Positions 37,247 to 50,694 are shown, counted from the stretch's first letter. The stretch: DNA of 64,000 nucleotides from Epiperipatus broadwayi (GCA_028023455.1 JAQFVV010000010.1:14074001-14138000); one strand, 5' to 3'. Notes: generated by a model from the letters alone, not told the origin. Translations and numbers: made by a program.

Positions 37247-39427
37247 CAATGGTGTCCAAATCTTTAACTTAGCTTGAGCCAATTTAGAATTTAAATTTTT
37301 TAGGCAAGTCGCAAATTTTGCGTGTTTAATATTTCAATTTTAATCATATTTAGTGCACAAATAATAAAAAAATTGTAATATGATAAAGAAAATATAATTG
37401 TATACTCATATTTCTATTTTTTACAGATTTAATTGATACCTGACATTGCATGTCTTTCGCTAGCTGATTGTACTTTGGCACATACGATGTTATAGCTAAA
37501 GCCATGCAGTCATTCAAACATTCATTCTTTATCCTGGATCTGAACTTTGATTTTAGAAAAGTTGATTGTTGAAAAACCACTTTTGCAAAGTTAAATTGAT
37601 CCAAAGCAGATATTTAATCATTGAAAAATTTCCTTTAAGAGTAGATATTTTTTCTCACCTACAAATGCTCAAAATCCTGTTAGTGATACTCGTGTTTTTA
37701 ATTGTAGATCAGATTAAAAATCAATTATTTTCATTTCTAAATTAGTTGCATTTTTATTTATCACACCCACAATCTGTTGCATATTTCAGAAATATTAGTA
37801 TCATCAAATGAATTTAAAATGAATAAAGCAGTTTGTTGAATTTTACTAAAATCCGAAAATCTAAATTCAAATTTATTTTAAAGTTCTGTAAGATTTTCAG
37901 AATATTTTTCTGTTTCAACATAGTTCTCCAAATTTGGAAAGTAACTAAAGTTACATCCCTTTATTTAGGATAACCACAAATGTAATTTTGATTTAAATGC
38001 GTTTACACTTCCTATTAATTCAGAAGTGGTTTTTTTGTTTCATCTGAAGTTCAAGATTAAATATATTCATTTTTGTTGTTTCGTCAGTAAGAAAAGCAAA
38101 ATCAGATAACCAACTATGATCACTAAGTTTTTCATAAATTCCAGTTCTGGATTCTATAAATTGTTTTATCTCTAGAAGAAGCTTTAAAAATCATTGTAGC
38201 GCTTCTCCCTTGCTATGTTATCGAAGCCCAGAGTGCAATATTAAAGTTCCATACTCAGCATCAAGTTCATCAGTCAAAGCTACTCTGGAAATGATCTGCC
38301 ATGAATATAACTTATAATTTTTAGAACAACGTTCATGATGATTTCATAATGTACTATAATGCTTGTTGATGTATGATGTAGTGGTAGTGGAAAAAGTTTG
38401 GAAACTCAGTATTATTCTTATATAATATGATGAAGCCAATACCAGAAACGATCGTGGACAGAAGTTTTTGAAACTGGAGATTATTTTTTTAAATATGGTT
38501 TTTAATAACATGATGTATGTCCTCTCCACGCGTATTTCGTTTTAATGGCAAAACTGACAATATATTTCCTTTTACTGAACAAGACCAAGCCTTATAAAAA
38601 TATTTGTCTGAGCTATGCAGATTCATCATATTGTAAATTTAGAAAAACATTTTGTAATCCATTTTTTACTTAATCCTCTGATATTTTCAGATACTGCTTC
38701 TATTCTATGATTGAGTGAATTTCTGGATAATTGAACTTCTTGAACAGTTGACATAATTTCTTTTTTATTTTTAAATTCTTTAAATAATATCTTTTAGACA
38801 GTAAGTATTGGTTTTTTCATTATTTTACTGCCCTCAAAATATTTTTGTGCACTGAAAGGATATGTGCAACCTTAAATGATGCAATTATAGCACTTTCGCT
38901 TTATTCACAGTCTTGTAAACATCAATTGTTGGGGGCAACTAACACGATTTTAAATTCCTTCACTTTAGAGTCTCATAAAATGCTGTTAAAAGGATGATCA
39001 TTATATTTTTTATGAACTGTTGTAAAATATTCTATGTTGCACCCCCTCCCCCTCATACACACAAGCCACAAATCAAACTAATACATTTGCTCTTATTTCT
39101 GTTTCATTCCTCATGAAAATGATAATTGTATATACGTTTTTTTTTTTTTTTCTGGTTCACATGCAGGCATAAGTAGGGTAACTATAAAGTAATTATTAAT
39201 AATTAACATATATAAAAAAAGCATCAATTTTTATACTTGGATGTTAAATGCCATACAACTTTGAAAAACTGACTGCTCTCTTGGTAATTACAACTGGATT
39301 GTGTTTCAACGATACAAAAGTAAAGCCACTTTGAGCCACTGCTTTGAGTTCAAATTGTTCATAAAAACAAGCACAAAATATTGCTCAAGTCACATATGGC
39401 TCATGAGCTACAGGTTGGGCATCTCTG
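37247..39427 (-). mobile_element. Near full-length decayed hAT-Charlie transposon (2181 bp)
   Basis: TIR-like ends caatggtgtccaa / ttgggcatctctg. 8-bp TSD caataggg (37239-37246, 39428-39435). Internal transposase remnant. Confidence 0.85.
37400..39110 (-). pseudogene. hAT transposase pseudogene (GTF2IRD2/EPM2AIP1-like Charlie group)
   Basis: FKEFKNKKEIMSTVQEVQLSRNS..RIEAVSEN (~38690-38790) and C-terminal dimerisation region LKSKFRSRIKNECLNDCMALAITSYVPKYNQLAKDMQCQVS (ORF 37350-37604). Multiple stops and frameshifts. Confidence 0.8.
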
Positions 39428-40650
39428 CAATAGGGTATCTGTAATAATATAAAATCACTTGACTATCATTAGTATATTAGAAAGAATATTTTGCTGCTGT
39501 TTGCTACCCCTTAATAAAATTTATTTTTAGCATATTTATATGTAAAATTACATCTTAAAAATTTAATATGCTAACATCCAATCTTCTCGGGGATTTTTAC
39601 ATTAAAATGTTCATTTCGAGATTCTTTGGTTGTTATTTTTCAGAGGATAAACTTGTTGTTAATTTAACATTCCTTTTTTTAAATAAATGTTTGTTCTTAA
39701 AAATTATATTTATTTAATGCTTACAATTTTATTATTTTTTGTATATATTTTTATTGCTTGAATAAATGTATGACCTTTTTTAGTGAATGAAAGAATTGCT
39801 ATAAAACTAATCATCATTAGTTTACATATACATTTCATCATAATAAAATTTTAGCCTTAATACAAAAAAAAAAAGGGGGGGGGGTATGCATTCATTGTTG
39901 ACAAAAAAATAAACAAGTTTTATTTTAATAATGATTTTTTATATGAACAGTGATAAAATTTACAACTTTAAAATTATTTATTAATTGATTATATTAAGTG
40001 CATATTATTTCAGTTTAGTTTGGGTTCCATTTCTTCCAAGATCTTTGTTGTATAGTGTTTTTTAAAAAAAATCAATAGGTATTACTGAGTTCATTGTCTA
40101 CTATTCAAAATTTTAATCTTAATGAAATAGATTTGAAGATGTCTTGATCTTGATATTATTACCATCTACATGGTTTCCTGAATTTGATGAATTGTTTAAA
40201 ATTATTACTAGAAGGATGCATCTTTATTGTTTACTAATACATTATATTTGTACACATTGGTAATTTTGTTTATATAATCTAAAATGCACATCTTGAATTC
40301 AAAGAAGTATGTATTCTTGATTCCATTGTGACTATCCCACTGTACCAGCATGCATTTTTATTCGTATTAATGTTTGCTGTGAAGTCATTAATAGTAGATG
40401 GATACTCTGATTTAAAAAAATGACATGCATACTTGGTAAAAAGTTTTTGGGATGCGATTCATTGAATTATAATAGAAAAGTATTCAGTTCAACATTGCCA
40501 GTTTTTTAAAATTACAGTTTAATTTAAACAAGTTAGTATTCTTATTAAAAACTTTTATTTATTCAGTTATTATCACTGAGTTATAATACTTAAAGGAAAT
40601 AATGATTATATATTTATTTTTTTCTGATTGTAAATATAACTTTTTGATAG

Positions 40651-40702
40651 CTCGAATATAGGTGTAATAATGCACGTGCTGAAAACGCCCAACGAACTAT
40701 AT
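40651..40702 (+). CDS. Candidate small exon of an unidentified host gene
   Basis: tttttgatag acceptor (alternative at 40661), perfect gtaagt donor at 40703, CpG-containing, two open frames (LEYRCNNARAENAQRTI or SNIGVIMHVLKTPNELY). No homology recognised. Confidence 0.25.
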
Positions 40703-41655
40703 GTAAGTTAACTGTTTATAAATGCTGGGAATTTGCAATACTTCTCTTTATAACTATTAACTGAAGATTAATTCAATGTTTAGCGGTTGTTAAAGATGAA
40801 ACTCAGCCTTTCCCTCTGATTAGTTTTAGTGATTTCAGAAAAGCGTATAGTTGTCTTGAAATTATAGTAGTATATGTCATGACAATATATCTATAAATGA
40901 TAGATTTATATATGATTCAAGCTAAAGTATAGGTGGTCTTATTCTGTATTTGTATTTATAGATGGTTAGTTTACAGAGAGCTCATTTGGGGCTTTTCAGT
41001 GTTTTCTGATTGCTAAAAATAAATATTTTGAGAAAAAGCCATGCAAATATACATCACTCAGCAATGTTGAAAATGCTTTAAAAAATATTTCATTTCAGAT
41101 GATGTATATTATAAATATGCTAAAAAATACATTTAAAAAAAAAGAGCAAAGAAACACACTATTAGAATACAAGCTTGTTTTTTTAGATTGAAGAAAGCAT
41201 TGCTTGACAATTAGGAAAAGTTAATAATTTATTCAGTAAAATATTTACTAATAAATTATCACTGATTTTCAGTTTTAAATTATTTATCATAAGACACCAA
41301 GACACACCATTGTAATTGCTTAATTTTTTATATAAGGATTTAATTTATGATGAGTTTTGAGAAATGAGTTGCCTTCAGTATTCAGTGTAAAGATGTAGAT
41401 TTTAAGCCTTTTTCACATTTTAATTATTAAGTACGTGCATTCAAATATATGTATTGTATTCAGCAAATAAGCCATGGCAATAATTTTATATTAAAAATAT
41501 AATTAAGTATTTAAAGTTAAAGAAGGTATGCAGTAACCCAAAACTATAAAGAAAGCTGGAAGGAATTCTTCATACAAAATTTAATGTAGATAAATTTATT
41601 AATGTTTAATGTTCAGAGTTTTTTTAATTTAAAGTATTAAGTGCAGATATTATTT

Positions 41656-41767
41656 GTTTTTTTTCTATATGTCATGGCATCGGCCGGGATGCGAACCCAC
41701 ACCCGTCTGCAACCAACTACTTGCTTGCAAGACCGGTGCGATGATCTCTCGGCTAACAACGCTTGAC
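41656..41767 (-). mobile_element. tRNA-Gly-derived SINE, derived subfamily
   Basis: Minus strand reads gtcaa-GCGTTGTTAGCCGAGAGATC...GGGTGTGGGTTCGCATCCCGGCCGATGC-catgacatatag-A8. Confidence 0.75.
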
Positions 41768-42044
41768 ATATCATCTGTTTTTAATAATCATATGGACACT
41801 ATTTTGAGCTATTCTTAAAATATTTTATATTGCTTTAGATACGATTGTGACCAATCATCACACCATTTTATATTGCTATTGGCCAATTAAATATCAAATA
41901 AGAAGGTATTAAGAAACATATACAAAACAATACAAAAAAACAACAATTTGATAATAATGGTTAAAAAAACCCCACTCAGACCTTCATTTTAAGCTAAACT
42001 CCAATGCAAATTTGAAAAATGTAATTAACAAAAAAATTCATGAT

Positions 42045-42150
42045 TTGGCGCAGTGGTAAACTTTGAAGCTCATGGTTCATGATCATGTCCCACCCCTGAC
42101 ACTTCTGATGCTCAAACCTCTTACGAATTTTTGAGCAATAAATCATTTGA
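42045..42150 (+). mobile_element. Possible decayed tRNA-related SINE of a different family
   Basis: A-box tggcgcagtgg, B-box-like ggttcatgatc, 3' aataaatcatttgatt. Confidence 0.35.
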
Positions 42151-42344
42151 TTATTATTTATTTAACAGCTAAAAAGATGGCATCTGCTTATAACACTTAG
42201 GATTAATAGCTAGCTGATAAAGGCTTCTAAAATATAGCATTCATTTCCTAACTCTCTTAACTGCAGAAAAGAGACAGATGACTTTTATAATTCTGATATA
42301 AATCATTCTCTGAGCCACACTAATCCTTTAGTTAAAATGTGTAT

Positions 42345-43160
42345 TATATAGGGTATATGAGCACAGACTTTCACATGACCCACCACTCTCCACTCTATCT
42401 AATAATACTGATACACTTAAACACATATATGTTGAAAAGATAAATAATCACCAATATACATATTTCATGCTAAACCAGCAATCATCAGTTGGTCCAGATT
42501 ATCATCTCTACACATATATACTATAAGTGCTCAGCTATATATTAAGATAGACAATCCTCATACTTTAATGGACAGGCTTCAATTTACTCCACACTCCAAC
42601 TCTTCAACCGTCCATCCAATTGAAAATCTGGTGATGGAATGCTCAAAGGCCACCCTGAGGCGGAGAACCTTGTCACACCCATATTGACCTAAAGTCAATC
42701 TGAACCTCACATATAGAGGACATAATCCATTTAATACATATGCAAGGATGGGGTTCAGATTGATTTTAGGTTAACATGGGTGTGACAAGGATCGTGACCT
42801 CAGGGTGGCCTTTCAGCATTCCATCATCAGATTTTTAATTGGATGGATGGTTGAAGAGTTGGAGTGTGGAGTAGATTGAAGCCTGTCCATTAAAGTATGA
42901 GGATTGTCTATCTTAATATATAGCTGAGCACTTATAATATATATGTGTAGAGATGATAATTTGGACTAACTGATGATTGCTGGTTTATCATGAAATATGT
43001 ATATTGGTGATTATTTATCTTTTCAACATATATGTGTTTAAGTGTATCAGTGTTATTAGATAGAATGGAGAGTGGTGGATCATGTGAAAGTCTGTGCTCA
43101 TATACCCTATATATTACATATATTTAGACACAGATATATAATAAGCCTGTGTTTCAGTTA
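42345..43160. mobile_element. Fold-back family A (A1) PLE insertion
   Basis: Arms 42345-42710 / 42752-43110 are highly similar. YYIGYMS at the left start and FNGQASIYSTLQLFN C-terminus. 13-bp TSD ttaaaatgtgtat (42332-42344, 43161-43173). Confidence 0.85.
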
Positions 43161-45764
43161 TTAAAATGTGTATATAAATACTGTACTTACATGTTTGAAT
43201 TATCTTATAAAAATAATATCTAATGACCCAGGAATAGACAAATTCAAATGTCTATATATTATAAATACATTTTTTCATTAAAATTATTTGAAATTCCTTA
43301 TTTCCCATACTGTATTTATATTTTAGTATTATGAATTGATTGAGAATAGCTAAAATTAAAAGGCTGCTGTCTTTTAAATGCTTAACGACTGTTCAGAATA
43401 TATATAGTAAAAAAAAATTTAGCTGCTCCTTCGTCGTTCATGGTAACTATTCAGAATACAAGTATGCAATATCTTTTTTTTGTATATGGCTAGAGGCTGT
43501 TGGTATTTATAATTTTTTGAATGTTGTTTTCGCAATTAAATTTTTAGTATTATATTTATTCAAAATTAAACTTCTCAAGTTACTCTAATACGATTTAAAT
43601 GATAAAAAAAAAAACTATTGTTATTTTTGATATGAGGGAATGATTTGTTTTCTGTTCCAGATTATTAATGGATATCTCTTTTTTCATTTAAATACTTATC
43701 ATATTTACATGCATTTGCTGTATTTATTATAAGCCACAGGGTCATATTTATTTCAATATCTCAAAAATAGTTGCGAATTTTCAAGATATAAATCTGATTT
43801 ATGAAAGGTTAACAGCAATTTTCATAATGACCCAAGGGTTTAAATTTTGTTGATACCTGTGAAAGTAGTTGTATACGTTTTTAGTTTGGATATTTATCGG
43901 TCTTTTATATAAACAATATTTATGTGTGTGTATGTGAAAACAAACTAAAATTTTAATTGAAAAATATAATGCCACAGAAATGCTTTTAAAATAATCTTAA
44001 AAGTTTACAGATATACCTAGTATTCATATATCGATATAAATTCTGTTAATTTTAATAACCATGTAAATAAATACTGACTTTATATAAAAAAATTATTGAT
44101 TTTAAAAAAAATTTTTTAGATGGATATATTGTGACATTCTCATGGGTTTTATATTTGTACTTTTTAGAAATTGTATTTTGACAATTGCCATATAAAATGG
44201 AGACTATAATGAAAAATTTTAATAGCAATAGGCATTTTAAATGTGCATGCACCTCACAAGTATTCTTATCTTGGGATAGTGGTTAGTTATTGCATTGTTT
44301 GTGTCCATACATTTAAAATCTATTCGAAACCTAGGGATTTCCCTCAATAGCTGATAATTTTCAAACAAGCTTAAGCTTTATTTAGGTAGCCAACCTTTAG
44401 CCAACTACTAGATTAGTGATCTACTTATTTTTAGCGGGTAGAAAAGCAATCAAGACATGCCAGATGAACATCAGTGCATTAACTGTAGTGAAGTATTACA
44501 TTAGACATTTATATGGATTGTACTATGCCTTACATTCACCCACTCATACATATGCAGATATTTATAGTAATATATCTGGGTTTAGGTATATAAATCTAGT
44601 TAATTTTTTTATATAGTTTTTTTTTAGTGATTTTCACTCATTTATTTTATTAAAAATATGTAATTCTAGAATAATTTTTTTACCCAATTTTTCTGCAATA
44701 ATTATAATGGTTTAAAAAATGTTAAATCATTTTTAATAACAAAACAGGTTTGAATAAATATCTGTATAACCAGGTCAAGAAAAGCAATGAATAGTCTTTC
44801 ATTTTCTAGGATCATAATTTTGCAATCAGGCTATAACTTTGATCTCGCTACGGCTGACATTGTTTGTTCTGAGAGAGGTGACAGAAAGAGAAAGGTGAAG
44901 GAAGTGTGGTGAATAGCTAAAGGTCATCACCCTATTAATAAAAAGGACTGTAGCACCCCTCTTTTTAAAAAATGGCACTTGTGGCAACCACTTTCGTCAT
45001 TAGTATGTAAATCTACGCTTACAAATTCAATTTTATTATAATCTACTATTTACCATTCAAAAGTAACTTTAAAGCCAGATCTCAACTTCCTTTAGTCACA
45101 TAATGTTATGATTACGATACTATTCAGTATTGAAAGTGCTCAGCTTTAAATAAATTCCATTGACTACAAATTCAAACCCGTTTTTTTATTGAAAAGTATC
45201 AAAAATGGATTTGATATTTGCCCCCCCCCCAAAAAAAAAATATATTGTTAAAAATGTTTCTTAATTAATGTGTCACAGGTTTTCTTTTTAGGAATTTTCA
45301 GGTATAAGATAAAGATAAGTAATACTACCTTTAAATATTGTAACAATGGCTTTACGATATACTATAACATTTATACATATCAAAAATTTTTTTTAAAAAG
45401 AGCTTATATTTAAAATCATAATTTAATCCCTGTTAGTGGATTCCATGAAATAAATAATCTCTGTGGCCACATTGTAAATCTTTAATTTTTTTGGTAGGTA
45501 TTCTAAGTTTCTATAATACCACTTTCACCAATATTCATAATCTGTTGAACTGAATTGTCTTTTTGTTACCTATTTTGAAGAGGATCAAATTTGATCTTAG
45601 GTTATTAAAAAAACGGACAGTAATATGTAGAAAAGTTTCTTTTTTATCTGATCCATATAATTTGCAAATTGTATCAAAGAACTATTTATGAGTCTTGTAG
45701 AAAAATGTAGTTGAAAAATACTGTACAGAAAATTCATGTCTGTATGAGTTAATGATTTATCAAT

Positions 45765-45793
45765 AATATATTTCTAATACTTTATAGGTGAGT
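45765..45793 (+). other. Candidate recursive splice site (TAG|GTGAGT)
   Basis: tttctaatactttatag is immediately followed by gtgagt (AG 45786-45787). Branch-like ctaat upstream. Confidence 0.3.
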
Positions 45794-47102
45794 GGATTTC
45801 GAATTAGTACCAAGGCTAAATTTTGGAATATGTAATCATTGATAAATCATTGTCTGATTGCTTTTAAATATCTTCTGTTCTACATAGTGATACTTGGCAG
45901 ATTTGTCTATTACTGGTTGATAAGGGTTAAAATTTTCATTATTTGTTTATTCTCCAGCATAGCCATTTATTACATTATTTGAGATTCCTGGAAGGGGAGG
46001 GGGTAATATTGCCATTTATACATACACTTATAATGTAGATTGTCCCCTTCCTCCCCATTTACTGTGACTTTTTTATTCATTAATTAAAGAATAAAAATTA
46101 ATATTTGATTTTTAGATATTTAATTTTATTAGTGTTTACAAAACAAGATTTGCTATCTCATGACCATCAAATTCTTGATTGCTTGTCAAGACTTCCTTCT
46201 TTAAAAAAAAAATGTTTTAGGAATTAAGACATTAAAAATAGGTTTTTGTTAAGATTGTTTTAAATTTTTTATTTCGAATTATCCGCATCATTATTAATAC
46301 TGTTATAAACTAGTGTGACGATTTTAGTTCCGGAAAGAAAATAGATAGAAAGATAATGAATAAAATGTAAGAAAAGGAAAGAAAAAGGCTGAAACCACAA
46401 TTGCTAGGCCTATAATTAAAGGATAGAAATATAATTGCACAAGCATATAGTAGAAAGAAAGAAAAGACCATCAGTACGAGAGTATAGAGTTTCCTGACTA
46501 ATCCTAACTGAAGTAACTGAATACAGGAAGGGAAGGTAAAAGAAAATAGAAACAATGAAAGAATAATAATGCTTAATCTAATTACAAATATTAATAATTA
46601 TTATTAGTGAACTAGATCAAGATGTATATTATTGCACTGAGTACTAAATAATAATATAGATTTGGAGTCCCCCAAGGCCTTTTTGGAAGTGGACCTCATA
46701 GATAATTTTCTAATGAATGATAATCCCCCAAGAGCAAACTTTGAAAAAGAATTAAATAACTTATACTTATTTACTAATTATATATTACAATATATTAGAA
46801 AACAAAAATAATGCATGCCATTGAAACTTGTAATTAACAGCTTATCTTGTTACATATGTCTTTGAGCACTGTTGTGATTTCAAACTGTGAGACATTTATT
46901 GTTAAAAGAAATAGTTTAGAGACCAAAATTCATTAAATACTTGGTGCTTAGCATCCATTTTCTTTTTCCCTCTTCAATATCATATAAAATTTCTAGAATT
47001 AAAATTTATTCATCTATAAAATGTATCATGAAATACCTATGCATGAAAAGTGCAGGATTTACTTAAGTGTTATTAATAATTTGTAAAGCACATACTCATT
47101 AC

Positions 47103-47331
47103 GTAATATATATCAAGGCTATAACCTTAAGACTGTGCACCTAAAATGCGACAGTAGGGATCTCTACAAATCTAATCACAAGATTCACCTATATATTTAG
47201 AAATTAAGTCGAAGATAAGAGTGGCTGCTCTTGTCTTTTAAAATCATTAATCTTGTGTTTAGATTTGTAGAAGTCCTTACTGTCACATTTTAGGCGCATA
47301 GTCTTAAGGTTATAGCCTTAATATATATTAC
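47103..47331. mobile_element. Fold-back MITE with ~80-bp inverted arms
   Basis: gtaatatatatcaaggctataaccttaagactgtgcacctaaaatg / cattttaggcgcatagtcttaaggttatagccttaatatatattac. Confidence 0.75.
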
Positions 47332-48484
47332 TTAAGTGTTATAAGTTATTTTATTCAACTTGAAGAAAAATGCAAACAAGAAACTACAATGAAATTCATG
47401 GCTATTAGATAAAAAGATGAAGAATTTTAGTACAATAATTAGATGAAAATTTAGTTTCTAAATTGTTTTTGACAACCAAAATTAATGGCAAACAGAGGGG
47501 TGATTTTTAGAAAAACAAAATTCTAATTTATGTCAGACAAATATAGTAGTTGATAATTTTATTTATGGTAATAATAACTTCTTGTATTATAATTTTATTT
47601 ATGATAGTAATAACTTGTATTATTTTCCACAACAATTTGAAATATTGCATATTTAAAAAAGTGTAGGAAATAAATATTGAGAATATATTTATATTTGTTT
47701 ATATTTTCTAATTGTTATTCAGTTATTTCATTGTTCATATAAATCAAAACTTACTTTCAATAAGGAACTAATATATTATTGCTAATGATTAATAATTATC
47801 AAGATGTATTGATAAGAATATGCAGTGGAGTAAATAAATAACTGAATGACTATTGCTCATAATTCATAAAAAGTTTGAGCACCGGGAATGCCAAAACTGG
47901 AGTTGATCCAAGGATCTTCTGCACCACTGCGGTAAAACATGTAGGGCTGTGATGGAGTCATTTTCCTGTAGTAGAATGAATATTAAAGAAATTTGTGTGT
48001 AATAATAGAGCTGCATTTGATAATTAAGGCTTTAAGAATTTTTTTTATAGTTAGGTTATTAGGTATGGCCTTGCGATCTGTCTAGATTGGAAGGCTTTAT
48101 CACATCTAACTTATACTTATGATCCCTCCCCCCCAAACTTTGACATTAAATCAAGACATTTTAATAACTGAAATTAACACTTCTTTACAATGTGTGTGTG
48201 TATTTGCTTGCATGTGTTTGATTTTTCATTACATGGTAAATGGAGTAGCCAACAGTAGTATGCTAGTACTAACTAAAAATTGTTTTAAACAAAATTTATA
48301 ATTCTTATGACCACTTGCTTGACGATACAAGCACAATGATAATTATAATCAAATGGAAGAGTTCGTATTCACGCATTGGAAGTAATAATTGCACTAAGCC
48401 AGGGTGATAAATATTCACGCATTGGAAGTAATAATTATCTGTGATCTTTGAGTTCTAGTTTACCATTCTACCATTGCACTAAGC

Positions 48485-48945
48485 CAGGGGTGGGAAAATA
48501 GCAGCCCAAGGGCCACATACGGCCCGCCAAGACAATCAGAAAAATCTATCTTGAACTGAGATTTCCTTCTCATGTGTGATCAAAGATTCATCTCATATTT
48601 TCCACTAGGATGGCCACGTCAATACACATGCATAGTGTAGATACGATGTGCAGTTGATCAGATTAATTTCAATTTTGTCTTTGCATTAGCAAATATATAC
48701 ATTTCCAACTTTAGTAAAACCATGAACCCTCTGAAAAAATGTAAAATCGGTGATGAATGTCGTGTGTTTAATGAAGAATGGACAAATATATATTTCTTTG
48801 GTAATCCAGGAAATAAAGCAGTGTGTTTATTGTGTCATGAAAAAAAGGTACGGCCCTTCGCTAACCTTCACTTCCACAAAGTGGCCCCGATGTGGCACTC
48901 TGCCAACCTCTGCAGTCCCCGAGCCAAAACAATTGCCCACTCCTG
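48485..48945 (+). mobile_element. Internally deleted hAT-Charlie element retaining the transposase N-terminus
   Basis: TIRs CAGGGGTGGGAAAAT / AATTGCCCACTCCTG. TSD cact(a/t)agc (48477-48484, 48946-48953). ORF 48722: MNPLKKCKIGDECRVFNEEWTNIYFF...KAVCLLCHE (BED-like). Confidence 0.85.
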
Positions 48946-49043
48946 CACTTAGCCATGCAAAGTGAGCATAACAATTAAATTTAGTTACTAAAATTTGTAA
49001 TTAAAAAATTTTTTTTTTTGTTATATGTAATTATTATTAGAAT

Positions 49044-49367
49044 TTGCTTATAACACTTTTTTCCTATACACTTCAATGCAAACAAATTTTTTTAAAAGCT
49101 TCTTTATTTTCTTTACAGTTTCGACTGTTCAGCAGTCTTCATCGGAGCTCTAATCTTCTTCATTTTCCTTACAGTTTTGACTGTCCAACAGTCTTCATCA
49201 GAGCTCTAATCTTTTCTGCTTTAATTTAAAAAAAAAAAATTAAAGCAGAGAAGAAGATTAGAGCTCTGATGAAGACTGCTGGACAGTCGAAACTGTAAGG
49301 AAAATAAAGAAGTTTTTAAGAAAATTTGTTTGTATTGAAGTGTATATGAAAGAAGTGTTATAAGCAA
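49044..49367. mobile_element. Fold-back family D element carrying three hammerhead motifs
   Basis: Two tandem minus-strand motifs with 56-bp period (49113-49148, 49168-49207) and one plus-strand motif (49261-49300). Arms end ttgcttataacac / gtgttataagcaa. Confidence 0.8.
49261..49300 (+). ncRNA. Minimal hammerhead-ribozyme motif (family D)
   Basis: gagct-CTGATGA-A-GACTG-ctgga-CAGTC-GAAA-CTGTA^AG. Core and 5-bp stem II are intact; stem I is only 2 bp; stem III can form only in a dimer (ACUGU). Confidence 0.6.
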
Positions 49368-50694
49368 TATATATATGTATATGATTATATGAAGATATGC
49401 AAAGAAACTGAAAGAGAAGAATAAGAGAATATTAGAATTTGGATAAAACTAACAATAACATAGTGACCATTCTAATTCAAAAAATTCAAAACAAATGAAA
49501 TTAAATTTGTATTTGTGAAATCATATATTAAAAAGAATAATCTATAATTTATTAAAAAAAAACTTTTTTTTTTTTTAAAAACTATCATTTTCTTTTTCAA
49601 AATTAATTACAAGAGTTTAGGATATATATAAGGATAATGAGTTCAGATTAATAAGCCATGACAAATCATTGTTACTATTGCTTATTAATGAATAATCACA
49701 GAGAAGAGATGAATGGAATAAAATTATATTTTCTAATCATTTTGATAATCTAACTGTTATTGTGATATAAAGTTTAGCACATTGGTTCCTTTCTTACTAA
49801 ATGTTTAGTAATTAAAATTATTGAATTCTTTTTATTTTGTATTAAAAATAATTACTTATATTTTTATTAATTAAATTTAATTAAAAAATTGCAACCGTTC
49901 TAAGCAAAGACAAAACCTCAATTGTATAGTGTTTGAATATAGTATATAACATCATCAAATGAGACACTACCAAGTCTTATAGACAAAATGTATTTTGACA
50001 TGAGGTCACAGAATCTTCCAGATTACCTGAATATTTGAAAAGGATTTACCCTGACAAATCTTCAAGATAATGGTTTATCCTTTCAAATTCTTGGTGAAAA
50101 ATAATTATTATTATTGAATATACATTTTTCTGTATAGCGTACCAAAGTAATGATGATTTGCAAAGCTTTGTGTGATATTTCATTGTAAACCATTTACAGC
50201 GAGCGGATAATTTATTTGACTACAATTTTTCAAATGATCAGTTACGTTATTCAAAAATCATCATAATTGATTATGTAGCATTTATGAACATTAGAATTTG
50301 CATCTCAGATGTATGAAAATTGTCTGCCAGCCAATAAATCTTTGTTCTTTACATATGAATATTTTATATAAAATGAAAAATTGAACAGAGAGTTATTTTT
50401 TGAAGTTCTTAAAATCAATATAAAAGGAGAATCTACATTTTGCATCATTGAACTTTTTCTACTTTCAAATAGCAAATATAAATGACTACTTACTAATGAA
50501 ATTCTGCTACTGATTGGTTGCCATGGTTGCCATTGGGAAGCTTATTAATATTTGTTGCATCATTCACCACCAGAATTCAATTGCAAAAAATTCAATGTGG
50601 TTAATTGCTTGAGTTTTTAAAAATGTTATTATAAGTACTATTAATAAAACATCACATGATACCCATTTCCTAGGCTTACACAAACTATTTAAAC

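Noticed and set aside
42800-42840. Hammerhead in family A (minus: CTGATGA-tggaatgct-GAAA-ggcc)
   Set aside because: No stem II pairing, and GAAA is not shared by the other family A copies.
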